NCBI GenBank assembly: GCA_965237955.1
Contig: OZ250169.1
Coordinates: 1,184,001-1,248,000, forward strand
DNA: 64,000 nucleotides
Source of the DNA: Candidatus Marinacidobacterales bacterium
GTDB taxonomy: Bacteria > Acidobacteriota > Vicinamibacteria > Marinacidobacterales > SMYC01
Direction of reading: 5' to 3'
In this document: one piece after another, positions 9,385 to 19,718 of the stretch
How positions within the stretch are numbered: the stretch's first letter is position 1
Layout: each line of letters opens with the position of its first letter
Translations under genes and position numbers: made by a program
Notes under the pieces: model-generated
Seen by the model: only the letters and a program-made list of their open reading frames with translations
What the model was told of the DNA's origin: nothing
The model's database searches: none

Positions 9385-12171
9385 GTGATAGTGACACGAG
9401 CCGATCTCACCCTCCGGCGTTTCGAGACGCCGCTCCGGCCCGCGACCGCGTGGCTTCTCGGTGGAGCGGACCCGGCGTCGTGGCTCGAGGAGATTGCCCG
9501 GTGGCGCGTGCCCGATTCGAAGCAGGAGGCGTTGACGCTCTACGTGATGCCTGGGGTCGTTGGCGCGCTCGTGGCCGTCCCGCCGGAAACGCTCGTGAAA
9601 ATGAAGCCGTCGGGAGCTGCGTATGCTCGGCTCGGGGAGCGTTTGTTTCTGCCGGTCGATGCCGCCCTCGAGCCGCAGCTGTCGTTGCATGATCTCGAGC
9701 CGTTGCTGCGGCACGACGTGTCTGTGTTGCACCCAGGACTCGGTTGGGTGGGCTTCAGCGCCGAGCAAGGTCTCCATCCGTCCAACTTGATCGGGTTTCC
9801 GACGCTGGCGCCGGGTCGATGGCGTGAGCCTTCGGTGGGGCTTCGGTGGAATGCCCGTATTGTTTCGGTGTCGCTCGCGGCGCCGGTGTCGTTCGAGGAG
9901 TTCTTCGAAGAGCAGCAAGACGACATCGGCTCGTTCTCCATCGACGAGATTCCGCCCGCACCGAACGAGCCGGGCGAGGGTTTTGTCCAAGATCTGAAAC
10001 GAAAGGCCCTGGGACCCGTCGCGCGCGGGGCACGAGCGCTGAGCTCTCGCATGCCGAGTGGAGCGGATGCTCCGACGTGGGTCGATCGTCTCGAGGACTG
10101 GGCCAACCAAAAACTGCGTCACGTGTCGGAAGAGCTCGAGCGTCTGCGCAACAAAGAGATTCACCGTCTTCTCGAGTTGCTCGAATCGGATGCCGAGAAA
10201 GGTCTACAACACGCGTTGCCCCTCGGGGGCGGTACCCACCGCGGCCTCGCACCGCCGGTTGGACGTTTGACGGCGCGGCGCGTCGATTTCCAGCTAGGTG
10301 CGCTCGGAGGCGGCCGAGCACTCGATCCGTGGGATGTGCCGTACGATCTGAAGCAGAAGCTTCTGGCGAAATATCGCGATCTCGCGAACCGCGAGAAGCG
10401 CCTTAAGCGGTATCGACGAGCGGCGTACGTCTATGCAGAGCTCATCGGCGACCTCGAAACCGCGGCCGCAGTGCTCGAGGAGGGGAAGCACTTTCGCGAA
10501 GCCGCCGAAATCTACCGAAAACATTTGCACAAGCCTCTGCTTGCGGCGCGCACGTACGAGAGCGGGGGCCTCTTTCGCGAGGCCGTCGAAATCTACGAAG
10601 AGCTCGAGCTTTGGGAAGAAGCCGGCGACGTCTATTGCAAGATGGAGCAGTCGGCGAAAGCCCGGGCCGCGTTCGAGAGAGCACGCGACCACAAGCTTTC
10701 CTCTCGCGACCGCATCGGTGCATCCCGTATCGTGGAGACCAAGCTCGACGACGTCGAGGGCGCGCTCGAGATCGTTGAAGAGGGTTGGCCCGACTCCCGG
10801 CAGGCAAGTGATTGCCTGAAGCGGCAGCTCGGTATCCAGGCGTGCGAAGGGCTGCACGAGAGGACCGAGACGCTTTTGAAACGGCTCGCGTCGGAGACGA
10901 TTCCGCCTCATTTGATCACGAGCCTGGTGGCGTGCCTTTCGACGACGGCAACGTCTTATCCCAACGCGCGCGTTCGTCACCAAGCGGCGGATCTCACCCG
11001 GCGGAAGATATCCGGACGATTGGGAAAAGTGTCGCGCGACGAGGCGGCTCGGCTACTCGAAAGCCTGTACCGGCTCGCTCCCGAAGACCGCCTGCTCGCC
11101 CGCGATGGCGGTCGCTATCTCACCACGAAAGAGCGTCGCCAACCGAGGCCGCGCCGGCGGCGCGGCTCGAGCCCGGAGCCGGAGCTCGTCCGCTCGATCG
11201 AGCTCCCGAGCTCCGTCCGCTGGCTAGATATCCAATCGACGGGAAGCCTCTTCTTCGCGCTCGCGTACGCGCGGGACGAGATTCAGCTCTACCGTGGGAA
11301 TTGGAGCGGTGGGTTCGAGCACCTCGTCTGGCCGTTCGGAAACTCGGCGCAGGAGGTGCCGGTTCGAGGAACCATGCCGGTGCAGATGGAGCTCGACGCA
11401 ACCGGGCACCGGAACGTCATTCTGCGGCACATGATGGGACGAGAGCTTCCGCTGAAGGTGTTTCCCGTCTCACGGGACGTCATCGAAGCCGAAACCGTCG
11501 CCGGCGATCCGGGATGGCTTCCACGCGGAACGCTCGCGCTTTCGAACCTGTCACAGACTTGGGTCGCGCTGCGCCACCACGCCGAGCGTCTCATCATCAG
11601 TACTTACAACTACGAGGGTTCGCACCTCGCGGACATCGCTGACTGGGAGCGGCCAGAAGAGGGGCTCCACATGACGTTGGCGTGCCAGAACCACTACATC
11701 GTCGTGGGGCAGACTCATGAGCGGGAGTCCGCGGAGCTTCTGGTGTTCAACGTCGAGCGAAGCCAGCAGCTCGCGGATCCCGACACGTTTCTATCGCCGC
11801 AAAAATTCGTGATGGAGCCTGCGATTGTCAGCCTGCGCGTCGCTCAGCCGTTCACACGCAGCCGTGTCGCGATGACCATGCTCGAGGGCGTAGCGCTTCA
11901 CTGGCTCGATAGCGGCCAGGCGTACATCATCTCTTCCGATCTCGAGAAGCCGAGAGTGAACATTCTCAGAAATGGGTCGCTCGTCGTCGTTTCCGGAAAA
12001 ACCGTGCGCGTCTATCGAACCGACGACAGAGAGCCGACGTTGACGTCCGAGATGGAGCTTCCCGCGCAACACGGACAAGTCCTCGACGTCGTTCCCGGCT
12101 ACGCTCCGAACCAGTTCGCAATCTTCACGACGGACGGTCGGATGCTGGTGTTTGCTCTTCCGTCCGGGTGA
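9385..12171 (+). CDS. Ternary-system bpX3-like protein with TPR/helical repeats and C-terminal beta-propeller-like region (928 aa)
   Basis: 'KEIHRLLELLESDAEKGLQHALPL', 'YRRAAYVYAELIGD', repeated 'AAxxYE' helices, beta-rich C-term. Confidence 0.72.
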   Translation: MIVTRADLTLRRFETPLRPATAWLLGGADPASWLEEIARWRVPDSKQEALTLYVMPGVVGALVAVPPETLVKMKPSGAAYARLGERLFLPVDAALEPQLSLHDLEPLLRHDVSVLHPGLGWVGFSAEQGLHPSNLIGFPTLAPGRWREPSVGLRWNARIVSVSLAAPVSFEEFFEEQQDDIGSFSIDEIPPAPNEPGEGFVQDLKRKALGPVARGARALSSRMPSGADAPTWVDRLEDWANQKLRHVSEELERLRNKEIHRLLELLESDAEKGLQHALPLGGGTHRGLAPPVGRLTARRVDFQLGALGGGRALDPWDVPYDLKQKLLAKYRDLANREKRLKRYRRAAYVYAELIGDLETAAAVLEEGKHFREAAEIYRKHLHKPLLAARTYESGGLFREAVEIYEELELWEEAGDVYCKMEQSAKARAAFERARDHKLSSRDRIGASRIVETKLDDVEGALEIVEEGWPDSRQASDCLKRQLGIQACEGLHERTETLLKRLASETIPPHLITSLVACLSTTATSYPNARVRHQAADLTRRKISGRLGKVSRDEAARLLESLYRLAPEDRLLARDGGRYLTTKERRQPRPRRRRGSSPEPELVRSIELPSSVRWLDIQSTGSLFFALAYARDEIQLYRGNWSGGFEHLVWPFGNSAQEVPVRGTMPVQMELDATGHRNVILRHMMGRELPLKVFPVSRDVIEAETVAGDPGWLPRGTLALSNLSQTWVALRHHAERLIISTYNYEGSHLADIADWERPEEGLHMTLACQNHYIVVGQTHERESAELLVFNVERSQQLADPDTFLSPQKFVMEPAIVSLRVAQPFTRSRVAMTMLEGVALHWLDSGQAYIISSDLEKPRVNILRNGSLVVVSGKTVRVYRTDDREPTLTSEMELPAQHGQVLDVVPGYAPNQFAIFTTDGRMLVFALPSG

Positions 12172-12178
12172 GCAACTC

Positions 12179-12556
12179 TTAGTGGTCTTCGCTCGCCATT
12201 TCTTCGAAAACGGCCAGAGCCGCCGACTGTCCGCTGGCGCCGGCTGCCCATCCCGCGTAGTGAGCGGTGTGGATCATGAGCTCCAGGATCTCTTCTTCGG
12301 TGAGCTTGTCCTCGCCGAGGCGGGCTCCGCGAAGGTGCGACTTCAGTTGATCCTGGCGCCCCTGAGTGGCGAGAAGCGCAATCGTGATGAGGCGCCGATC
12401 GCGGATGGAGAGGCCTTCGCGGGTCCAAACCTTCGCGAACAGGTGATTGATGGAGGGCTCACGAATGCCGGTGAGGGGCCGGTCCGCCGGCTCGGGCTGG
12501 CCGAGCACTTTTTCGTACATCTCGACCCCGACGGGGTCTTTTGGGATATCCGTCAT
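12179..12556 (-). CDS. Carboxymuconolactone decarboxylase family protein
   Basis: 'VWTREGLSIRDRRLITIALL...HTAHYAGWA'. Confidence 0.85.
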   Translation of the reverse strand: MTDIPKDPVGVEMYEKVLGQPEPADRPLTGIREPSINHLFAKVWTREGLSIRDRRLITIALLATQGRQDQLKSHLRGARLGEDKLTEEEILELMIHTAHYAGWAAGASGQSAALAVFEEMASEDH

Positions 12557-12586
12557 GACTTGCTCCGTTCCTGTAGATGAGTTGCA

Positions 12587-12800
12587 TTAAGCCTTCGAAT
12601 ACACGGTATTGCCGCCGAGGACCGTGCGAACGATCTCGATTTCTTTGATCCCATCGGGGTCGGCGTCGTGGGGATCTTTTCCGGGTCGTCGGGTTCATGA
12701 ACTCCCAGCGCCGTTTGGCCTCTTGCGCGTCCGCCGTGCCGGATAGGGACGCGATGAAAGCGAGACAGTAGAACGCGGGCCAACGAGTGACCTTCATCAT
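12587..12800 (-). pseudogene. Deletion remnant: signal peptide fused to amidohydrolase_3-like C-terminus
   Basis: N-term MMKVTRWPAFYCLAFIASLSGTADAQ; 3' end reads KDPHDADPDGIKEIEIVRTVLGGNTVYSKA*. Confidence 0.55.
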
Positions 12801-12889
12801 GAGCTCCTCACAAACCCGAGGATTATATCGCGGCCACTCGGATACAATTGCGGCGGCTGGAAAACAAAGCGCGTTACAAGGAGGTTGCG

Positions 12890-14078
12890 ATGTCAGGTCG
12901 GTTGCGATTCAAGGTAGTGATAGCGGTCGTTGCGGCGAGCGCGGTGTTGATCGGCACGCTCTACGCTCAGGAGGGCACGGAGCCGACGCCGGTCCGGCAG
13001 AATCCAAACATCGACCGCCCGATCACGAACGAGAATTTCGACAGCGCCGTGGTCAATCTGCTCCAGCAGCTCGTGGCCGCGTACGGTCCGATCGCCAATG
13101 GCAACGACCGGCCCAATCCGTACACGCGCATCGAGCCGTGGGGAGAGCCGCCACCAGGAAACAACGGTGAGTGGGCGGCGGTGATCGGCGCGGAAGGCGG
13201 ACCCGACGGAAACCTCTACGTGCTTCACCGATGCCACTCGAACACCTGCGTCGATCGGCCGGAGCCACCGCTCGTCAAGTTGGACCCGCGAACGGGCGAG
13301 CGCCTCGATACCTGGGGCGAAGGATTGATGGCCTTCCCCGCACGGATTCCATGTCGACTACGAGGGGAACGTGTGGACCACGGACACGGGACGCGGGGAT
13401 GCAGCCGGTGGGCATCTCGTAAGAAAGTTCAGCTCCGAAGGTGAGCTTCTGATGACGATCGGACGCTCAGGGGTCGCCGGTGACACTCCGGGGCTCCTCC
13501 GCGAACCAACCGATGTCGTGGTCTCACCCGAGGGCACAATCTTCGTGACCGAGGGTCACCTGAAAAACGGTCCCCATGCGCGCCTCTCGAAGTTCGCGCC
13601 AGACGGATCGTTCATCGAGCGTTTCGGCAGCACAGGGCAGGGCCACCTCCAGTTCAGCGCGCCCCACGCCATCGCGTTGGATACCCAGGGGCGTCTTTTC
13701 ATCGCCGACCGCAACAACAATCGGATCATGATCTGGGACCAGGAAGGGAACTACATCGATCAGTGGACTCAGTTCGGTCGGCCGAGCGGCGTGTACATCG
13801 ACCACACCGACACGATCTACGTCGCCGACTCGGAATCCTGGGGGCCTGAGAACCCAGCCTGGGAAAAAGGGATTCGGATCGGAAGCGCCAAGACCGGGCA
13901 GGTCCACTACTTCCTCGAGGATATCGAATCGCGCGACTTCGCCCACAGCGGGGCGGAAGGCATCGGCGTCGATTCTCTTGGCAATGTGTACGGGGGAGTC
14001 GTTCGCAGGCAGATGCTGGAGCGACATGAACCCCAAGCGGTGCAGCCGACCCTCGGCGCGACGTGGCCAGTTCGGTAA
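12890..14078 (+). pseudogene. Secreted NHL-repeat protein (peptidyl-alpha-hydroxyglycine lyase-like), frameshift at ~13337
   Basis: Signal peptide; NHL motifs 'EPTDVVV', 'APHAIALD..GRLFIADRNNNRI'; extra C in a C-run breaks 'FPHGFHVD'. Confidence 0.8.
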
Positions 14079-14191
14079 CCTCAGTGAGCTTCTCGCGAAA
14101 CTGCGAGTCGGGACTTAGCATCCAACTCCGCACCCAGTGCGGTCGAATCTCAGCTTGGGCAGGACGCGCTGCACATATCAAATAAAGTCAA

Positions 14192-15043
14192 TGTGCAACC
14201 GCCTACATCGGTAACGAAACAGACCGGGCACATAGGTAACACTTTGCGGTGTCGTGGATTCTCTTCGAGATCATTTCGGGCCTCGTCTTTTGTATGGCCT
14301 TTTGCTTCGTCGTTCGGGAGAAACTAGAAGCTCAAAGGCGCGATATCCGCGGTCCCTGGCGTTTCGAACATCGAGAATCCCGAGAGGGATGGGACCGAAG
14401 TGAACCTTCCAACGGTCGTCATCGACTTGCTCGAGACCGACGCGCTCTGACTTTAGACAGCTCCTTATGTACCACTGCTTGGACTCAAAAGAGAGCATTC
14501 CGTTGGGATAGGTCTGGGCGACGTAGAAGTGCTCCGGGCATTCGAGTTGCGGGAGCTGACGAGGGTAGGGGCGGCGCGACGGCTGATAGCGAGATGCAGG
14601 AACCTCCTGACCAAGTGCCTCATGCGGACGGATTTCGTTGTATTCCTCCCGGAACCGATCGAATGCCCGTTGCTGTGCTCGAAAGCGCTCACGGTCAAGG
14701 GGTGGCAACGCTCCCCTGCAACCGGAAAATGTCCCTTGAAGTCGGCACACCACACCGCATTGGGGCTCCCGTAGTCGCCCAGACGATCGCCATACGGAGA
14801 GCTTCGGCGTATCCGCCGCCGCTTCTGGATGAGCCCATTCTTACGCAGAACCTCTCCGATCGTGCTCGTCGCCGGCAGCGCGAGCTGCGGATAGTGCCGT
14901 TGCAGGATGACACGCAACTTGCGCGGTCCCCAACGCGGGTGTTTCTTCCGGGCTCTCAGAATCTTTTCCACCACGTCGTCCGCGACAGCGTGAGGATGCG
15001 ACAAAGGGGCGCGAGAACGCTCTTCCAGACCTGCGACCCCATC
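14192..15043 (-). mobile_element. IS481-family remnant with internal deletion
   Basis: 'HPRWGPRKL', 'PNAVWCADFKG', 'YNEIRPHEALG'; TGT-initiated end at 14192. Confidence 0.8.
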
Positions 15044-15174
15044 TGTTAGCGGCGGGCGTAAATTGCACACTCGGCCATCCGTAAAAGGAGGCCGTTGTCG
15101 TGTGTCTGGAGTGCCAGACATGACGGCGCGCCTTCAATCAGAATGGCGTTTCCGGAGTGGAGGCGCCGATGTAC
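15044..15174 (+). mobile_element. IS21-like left end plus first codons of its transposase
   Basis: TGTTAGCGGCGGGCGTAAATTGCACACT terminus; GGAGG then ATGTAC, cut by the IS5 TIR. Confidence 0.5.
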
Positions 15175-16261
15175 TGCCTTGGTGCACAACTCCGATAGAG
15201 GCCGATAGCTCGCTTGGCCCCGACTCCCATCATCCGATCATCTCGCTATCAGGCATCCCGAGCGCCGTCATCGTGTTGAGAATCTTGCACCCGATCCTTG
15301 CCTCGACTCTCTGTGCCGCCAACCCTCTCGCTCGCATCGCTGAGCCCACGATAGCCTTGTAGCGATGGAACGTTGTCTCGACTTTGCTCCGTTTGCTGTA
15401 GCCCGATTCTGTGTGCCACTTTCGTTTGCCGAGCCGAGCTTGTGCTGCAATGTTGCGATTGCGCTGTCGGCTGCTCGCCGGCCCCGATGCGAGCTGGGCG
15501 CCCTTGCGCGGCGGTATCAGCACCCTCGGCGAGCAATGAGCGCTGTGATTCTCGATTGCCTCATAGACGCCGCCGGCGTCGTATGCGGTGTCAGCTCTGG
15601 CCGATGAGATGGGACTGTCGATCTGTCCGACAAGCGATGCAACCCGCGATGAATCGCGGGCTCTTTTGCTCGTCAGCTCGCCGGCGACGACTTCGCCACT
15701 CTGCTCGTCGACACACAGATGGAGCTTGCGATAGTCCCTGCTCTTTGGTGCTCTGCGCAGCTGGCCGGCGTGGACAGCGAGACCGCTGCTGTCGATCAAG
15801 ATGTGCAACGGCGTCTTCTGCTTGTCTTGGTAGAAGGGGACCTTACCCAGCTTCGCCTTGCGCCTCGAGATCGTGGTGTGATCGGGCACATCATTGTCTA
15901 GCTTCATCAGAGCGAACAACGATCGCAGCAATCCCTCGCTCTGCCTAGATGACAGATGAAACACCATGCCCAGGGTGACAGCCGTCTCGATGGCGTGGTT
16001 CGAGTACTTGCGTTGACGGCCCGGGTTCCTCCTCCTCGGCCGGGGCGCGTCCCAGTTCACAAGCTTGCCGGCGGTGAGCGAGATCCAGACGGTCAGGCTC
16101 CCACGGTTGCGTAGACCCGCCTCATATTCACGCCAATTCCTCACGCGATAGGCCTTCTTCACATACTTCCGCTGAGTGCGTTTGAAAATGCTCATGGGGA
16201 ACCTCGAATCCGTGAGTAAAGGACAATTGTGGACCGAGATCGCGAGTTGTGCACCAAGGCA
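15175..16261 (-). mobile_element. IS5 family (IS903 group) full copy B, 1087 bp
   Basis: 18-bp TIRs tgccttggtgcacaactc at both ends; no flanking direct repeat. Confidence 0.95.
15230..16195 (-). CDS. IS5/IS903-group DDE transposase (321 aa)
   Basis: 'YRVRNWREYEAGLRNRGSLTVW', 'IDSSG', 'ADTAYD', 'Y..RS.VET.F.RYK'. Confidence 0.93.
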   Translation of the reverse strand: MSIFKRTQRKYVKKAYRVRNWREYEAGLRNRGSLTVWISLTAGKLVNWDAPRPRRRNPGRQRKYSNHAIETAVTLGMVFHLSSRQSEGLLRSLFALMKLDNDVPDHTTISRRKAKLGKVPFYQDKQKTPLHILIDSSGLAVHAGQLRRAPKSRDYRKLHLCVDEQSGEVVAGELTSKRARDSSRVASLVGQIDSPISSARADTAYDAGGVYEAIENHSAHCSPRVLIPPRKGAQLASGPASSRQRNRNIAAQARLGKRKWHTESGYSKRSKVETTFHRYKAIVGSAMRARGLAAQRVEARIGCKILNTMTALGMPDSEMIG

Positions 16262-16679
16262 TCAAGTTGTCCGGTTTCAGATCCCGGTGGATGATGCCCT
16301 TCTGGTGCGCCGCACTCACCGCATCGGCGAGCGGAATCGCCAGCTCGAAGAACTGGTTCAGCGCCAGGCCCTTCTTCGGGATCAGCTCCGTGAGCGTCTT
16401 CCCCTTCACCAACTGCATTGTGTAGAAGGAGACGCCGTCGGCTTCTTCGACCGAATAGATGGTGACGATGTTGGGATGGTCGAGGGACGCGACCGCCTTC
16501 GCCTCCCGTTCGAAGCGCATGCGACGCTCGCCAGTGGCCATCTCGGGCGGGAGGACCTTGATGGCTATCTCGCGCTCGAGCTTGGGGTCCTTCGCTCGAT
16601 ACACCTCGCCCATCCCGCCAGAGCCGAGAGACGAGAGGATTTCGTAGGAACCAAGGCGAGTACCGGAAGCGAAGACCAT
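16262..16679 (-). pseudogene. Ser/Thr protein kinase N-terminal fragment cut by IS
   Basis: GSGGMGEVY, AIK, HRDLKPDN then IS TIR. Confidence 0.9.
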
Positions 16680-16792
16680 TGGCCACCTCTAACGTGGAGC
16701 TAATCTATCGGCTATCTCGTATCAATTCAACTGATTGACAACACAGAGCGTGGCGCCTACACTGCGGCGCTGATCGAAAAGGAGAGATTCCC

Positions 16793-18070
16793 ATGAGCTT
16801 ACTGGACCGCCGTGGCTTCCTCACGACAACCGCTGCCGGGCTGGCATCGCTCGCGACCGCCCGCGGCATGGCCGAGCCCGCCGACGAGGATCCGCTCAGG
16901 GTGCGCGCCGATTTTCCCATCACCCGGAACCAGACGTTTCTCAACACCGCCTGGATCGGCCCGATTCCGCAGGTGGCGAGAGACGCCGCCGTCGAGTACG
17001 CCGACGAAACGTTGATGTGGGCGGATATCCGCAGTCGATTGATGCAGAAAGAAATGGCGCGCGCCGCGTTTGCTGAGCTCTTCGGCGCCAAGCCGGACGA
17101 GGTGGCTCTTCTCTTCACGACGGCCGACGGAGAGGCAGTCATCACCCACGGCCTCGATCTCAAACCCGGCGACAACATCGTTGTGGACGCGCTCCACTAT
17201 ATCGGGACCTTCCTCCTCTACAAGCAGCTCCAAGAGGAAAAGGGCATCGAGCTCCGTATCGTTCCCGAGACGGAGGGCCGTGTGCGGATCGAAGATTTCG
17301 ATGCGCGCATCGACGAAAGAACCCGGCTCGTGTCCGTGGCCTGGGTGTCGAACCGCAACGGCTATCGACACGACCTCCGCGCTCTGACCGAACTCGCTCA
17401 CGCCAAAGGTACTCTCATGTACGCGGACGCCGTCCAGGCCCTCGGCACCTGTCCCACCAACCTCACCGAGCTGGGCGTGGACTTTGCCTGCTGCGCTGCC
17501 CACAAGTGGCTTTTCGCGGGCTTCGGCGTGGCGCCGTTCTTTATCCGCGAGGAGCACCTCGATCGCATTCGGCCCGATCGCTACGGCCACGGCACGGTCG
17601 CGGAGACGCTCACGCCCGCCGGCTCGACCCGGACATCGAGCGCGACCGGTCAGGTTGGTGGCCAGGGGCGTTTCCCCGAGCTCGATTTCCAACTCCGCAC
17701 TACTGCGCGGAAGTACGAGTACTCCTGCGTCTCCTACAGCACGGTCGCCCAACTCGTCGCCACGCTCGGCTTATTCAAGAAGGTCGGTCTTTCGAGAATC
17801 GAAGAGCACACGATGCCGCTTGCCCAAGAGCTCCGGGACGGCGTCGCCGAGTTGGGATTCGAGACTTGGACGCCCAAAGGCAACGGGTCACCCATCGTGA
17901 GCTTCGTTCATGGGCAAGACATCGAGCATCTGAAACGCCTTCTGAAGGAAGAAGCCATCTCGGTCAGCTTCCGGGAGAAGAACCACACCCTGATGCGCGT
18001 GAGTGTCTCCATGTTCAACAACCGCGCCGACGTCCAGCGATTGCTGAAGCTGCTCAAAAAGGTCGCTTGA
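16793..18070 (+). CDS. Tat-exported class V PLP aminotransferase / cysteine desulfurase-like enzyme
   Basis: 'DRRGFL' Tat motif; 'FLNTAWIGP', 'DAVQ', 'AHKWLF', 'RVSVSMFN'. Confidence 0.88.
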   Translation: MSLLDRRGFLTTTAAGLASLATARGMAEPADEDPLRVRADFPITRNQTFLNTAWIGPIPQVARDAAVEYADETLMWADIRSRLMQKEMARAAFAELFGAKPDEVALLFTTADGEAVITHGLDLKPGDNIVVDALHYIGTFLLYKQLQEEKGIELRIVPETEGRVRIEDFDARIDERTRLVSVAWVSNRNGYRHDLRALTELAHAKGTLMYADAVQALGTCPTNLTELGVDFACCAAHKWLFAGFGVAPFFIREEHLDRIRPDRYGHGTVAETLTPAGSTRTSSATGQVGGQGRFPELDFQLRTTARKYEYSCVSYSTVAQLVATLGLFKKVGLSRIEEHTMPLAQELRDGVAELGFETWTPKGNGSPIVSFVHGQDIEHLKRLLKEEAISVSFREKNHTLMRVSVSMFNNRADVQRLLKLLKKVA

Positions 18071-18199
18071 CTCGGTCCCAGATGGCCAACACGGGGCCGC
18101 GCACAACGGATGGGCGAGGAACTCGACCACCTGCGGGCTTTTGATCGCGTCGGGATACAGCGCGAAGTAGAAGTTCCACCGGTACTGTCAAGTTGAAGC

Positions 18200-18322
18200 A
18201 TTCAGCGCCGATCCGACCCCAAGATGTCGGCAACACGGTGCGCTCGAGCCCCATCCAGTGTCGTCTCGACGCCCGTTCTTGAAGGGCTCCATCACGAATA
18301 CCAACTCACGTCCGCCGCCTGA
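18200..18322 (+). pseudogene. Integrase-core transposase C-terminal remnant
   Basis: Reads ...RRPVLEGLHHEYQLTSAA*. Confidence 0.45.
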
Positions 18323-18399
18323 GCACCAAAGCCTCGAGCCTCGGCAGTGAAATCTCGGTCCCGGTGTACCATAGGCTCGTTCAGACAAGGAGAGAATCG

Positions 18400-19254
18400 G
18401 TGGGACAAGAGTTGAAGGGATTGAGCGGGCTTCGGGTCGTCAGTTTCGAGAGCCGCCGTTCGGAGGACATGGCGAATCTCATCCGGAACCACGGAGGCGA
18501 GCCCATCCAGGCCCCGTCGATGCAAGAGATACCTCTAACCGAGCAGCGCGAAGCGCTCGAGTTCGGAGAGGTGTTGATGGGTGGCGCCTGTGACGTGTTG
18601 ATTCTTCTGACCGGTGTCGGCACCCGGATGTTGGTGGATACGCTCGCCACACGGCGGCCGCGTGAGGAGGTCCTCGAAGCATTCGGGAAACCTGCACTGG
18701 TCTGTCGCGGACCGAAACCGATTAGGGCACTCAAGAAAATGGGACTCCGCCCCACGCTTACCGTCGGTGAGCCCAACACCTGGCGTGATCTGTTACAGGC
18801 ACTCGATGACGAGCTGCCCGTTTCGGGGAAGCGAGTCGCCGTTCAAGAGTACGGAGCTCGCAATCAGGAGCTCCTCGATGGGCTCCGGGAAAGAAATGCC
18901 GTCGTCACTCCCGTCCCGGTCTACGGGTGGGAACTCCCCGACGACACCACGCCTCTGAAAAACGCCATCGCGCGCGGAGTGGCCGGCGAGATAGACGTTG
19001 CTGTGTTCACTAGCGCCCCCCAGGTGGACCATCTTTTTCAAGTGGCGGAACAGCAAGCGCGAGCAGATGAGCTTCGAGAAGCTTTTCGCAGCCGAATCTT
19101 GGTCGCTTCGATCGGCCCGATGACGAACGAAGCCCTCATGCGTTTGGGCGTCGAGGCGGATATCGTTCCCGAGCATCCCAAGATGGGACACCTGGTAAGC
19201 GCTTTGGCGGAAGGGGCTGCGCGGGGGCTCGAACGCAAGCGCAGCCGGGACTAG
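18400..19254 (+). CDS. hemD: Uroporphyrinogen-III synthase
   Basis: 'VVSFESRR', 'LLTGVG', 'RGPKP', 'FTSAPQV', 'ASIGP', 'HPKMG'; GTG start after AGGAG. Confidence 0.88.
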   Translation: MGQELKGLSGLRVVSFESRRSEDMANLIRNHGGEPIQAPSMQEIPLTEQREALEFGEVLMGGACDVLILLTGVGTRMLVDTLATRRPREEVLEAFGKPALVCRGPKPIRALKKMGLRPTLTVGEPNTWRDLLQALDDELPVSGKRVAVQEYGARNQELLDGLRERNAVVTPVPVYGWELPDDTTPLKNAIARGVAGEIDVAVFTSAPQVDHLFQVAEQQARADELREAFRSRILVASIGPMTNEALMRLGVEADIVPEHPKMGHLVSALAEGAARGLERKRSRD

Positions 19255-19718
19255 CGCTCTAGTCGGGAGACGCGCTCGCCGATATCTGGGGGCGAGGAGA
19301 CCTCGATGCATGGCCCCTGGATGTGCAACCGCTAGGCCTTCGGGCGCAGGGGGGCAGAGCGTTGAGGAGGGTCTCGGCTATTGCGGTTTTCGAGGTGGTC
19401 CAAGTTCTAACTCGACATAGCCGTGAGTGGACTGCACGAAAGGTGCAAGGGGATGAGTCGCGTTCATGCTTGGTCTCCTTTTGTTAGGATGTTTTGACGG
19501 AAGTTGTCGAGGAAGCGCTGGTTCGCCTCTTCGAGCATTCCGGCTCGGGAGAGGTCATCGTGTCCGTGCTTACAGGACACGGCTTAAAAGCAACTGAAAA
19601 AATAGTGAGGATGTGAAACTCCTTTCATCGGGAGGGAAGGTTTTGCCGAGGGCGGATTGGGAGATTCCACTCGCTCGCTGAACAACGACATTGTTCGCAA
19701 TAAATTAGGAGGAACAGG

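Noticed and set aside
2865-13340. Homopolymer frameshifts (2870, 13337) as programmed frameshifting or phase variation
   Set aside because: Runs are only 4-6 nt; simple mutation or sequencing error cannot be excluded without reads
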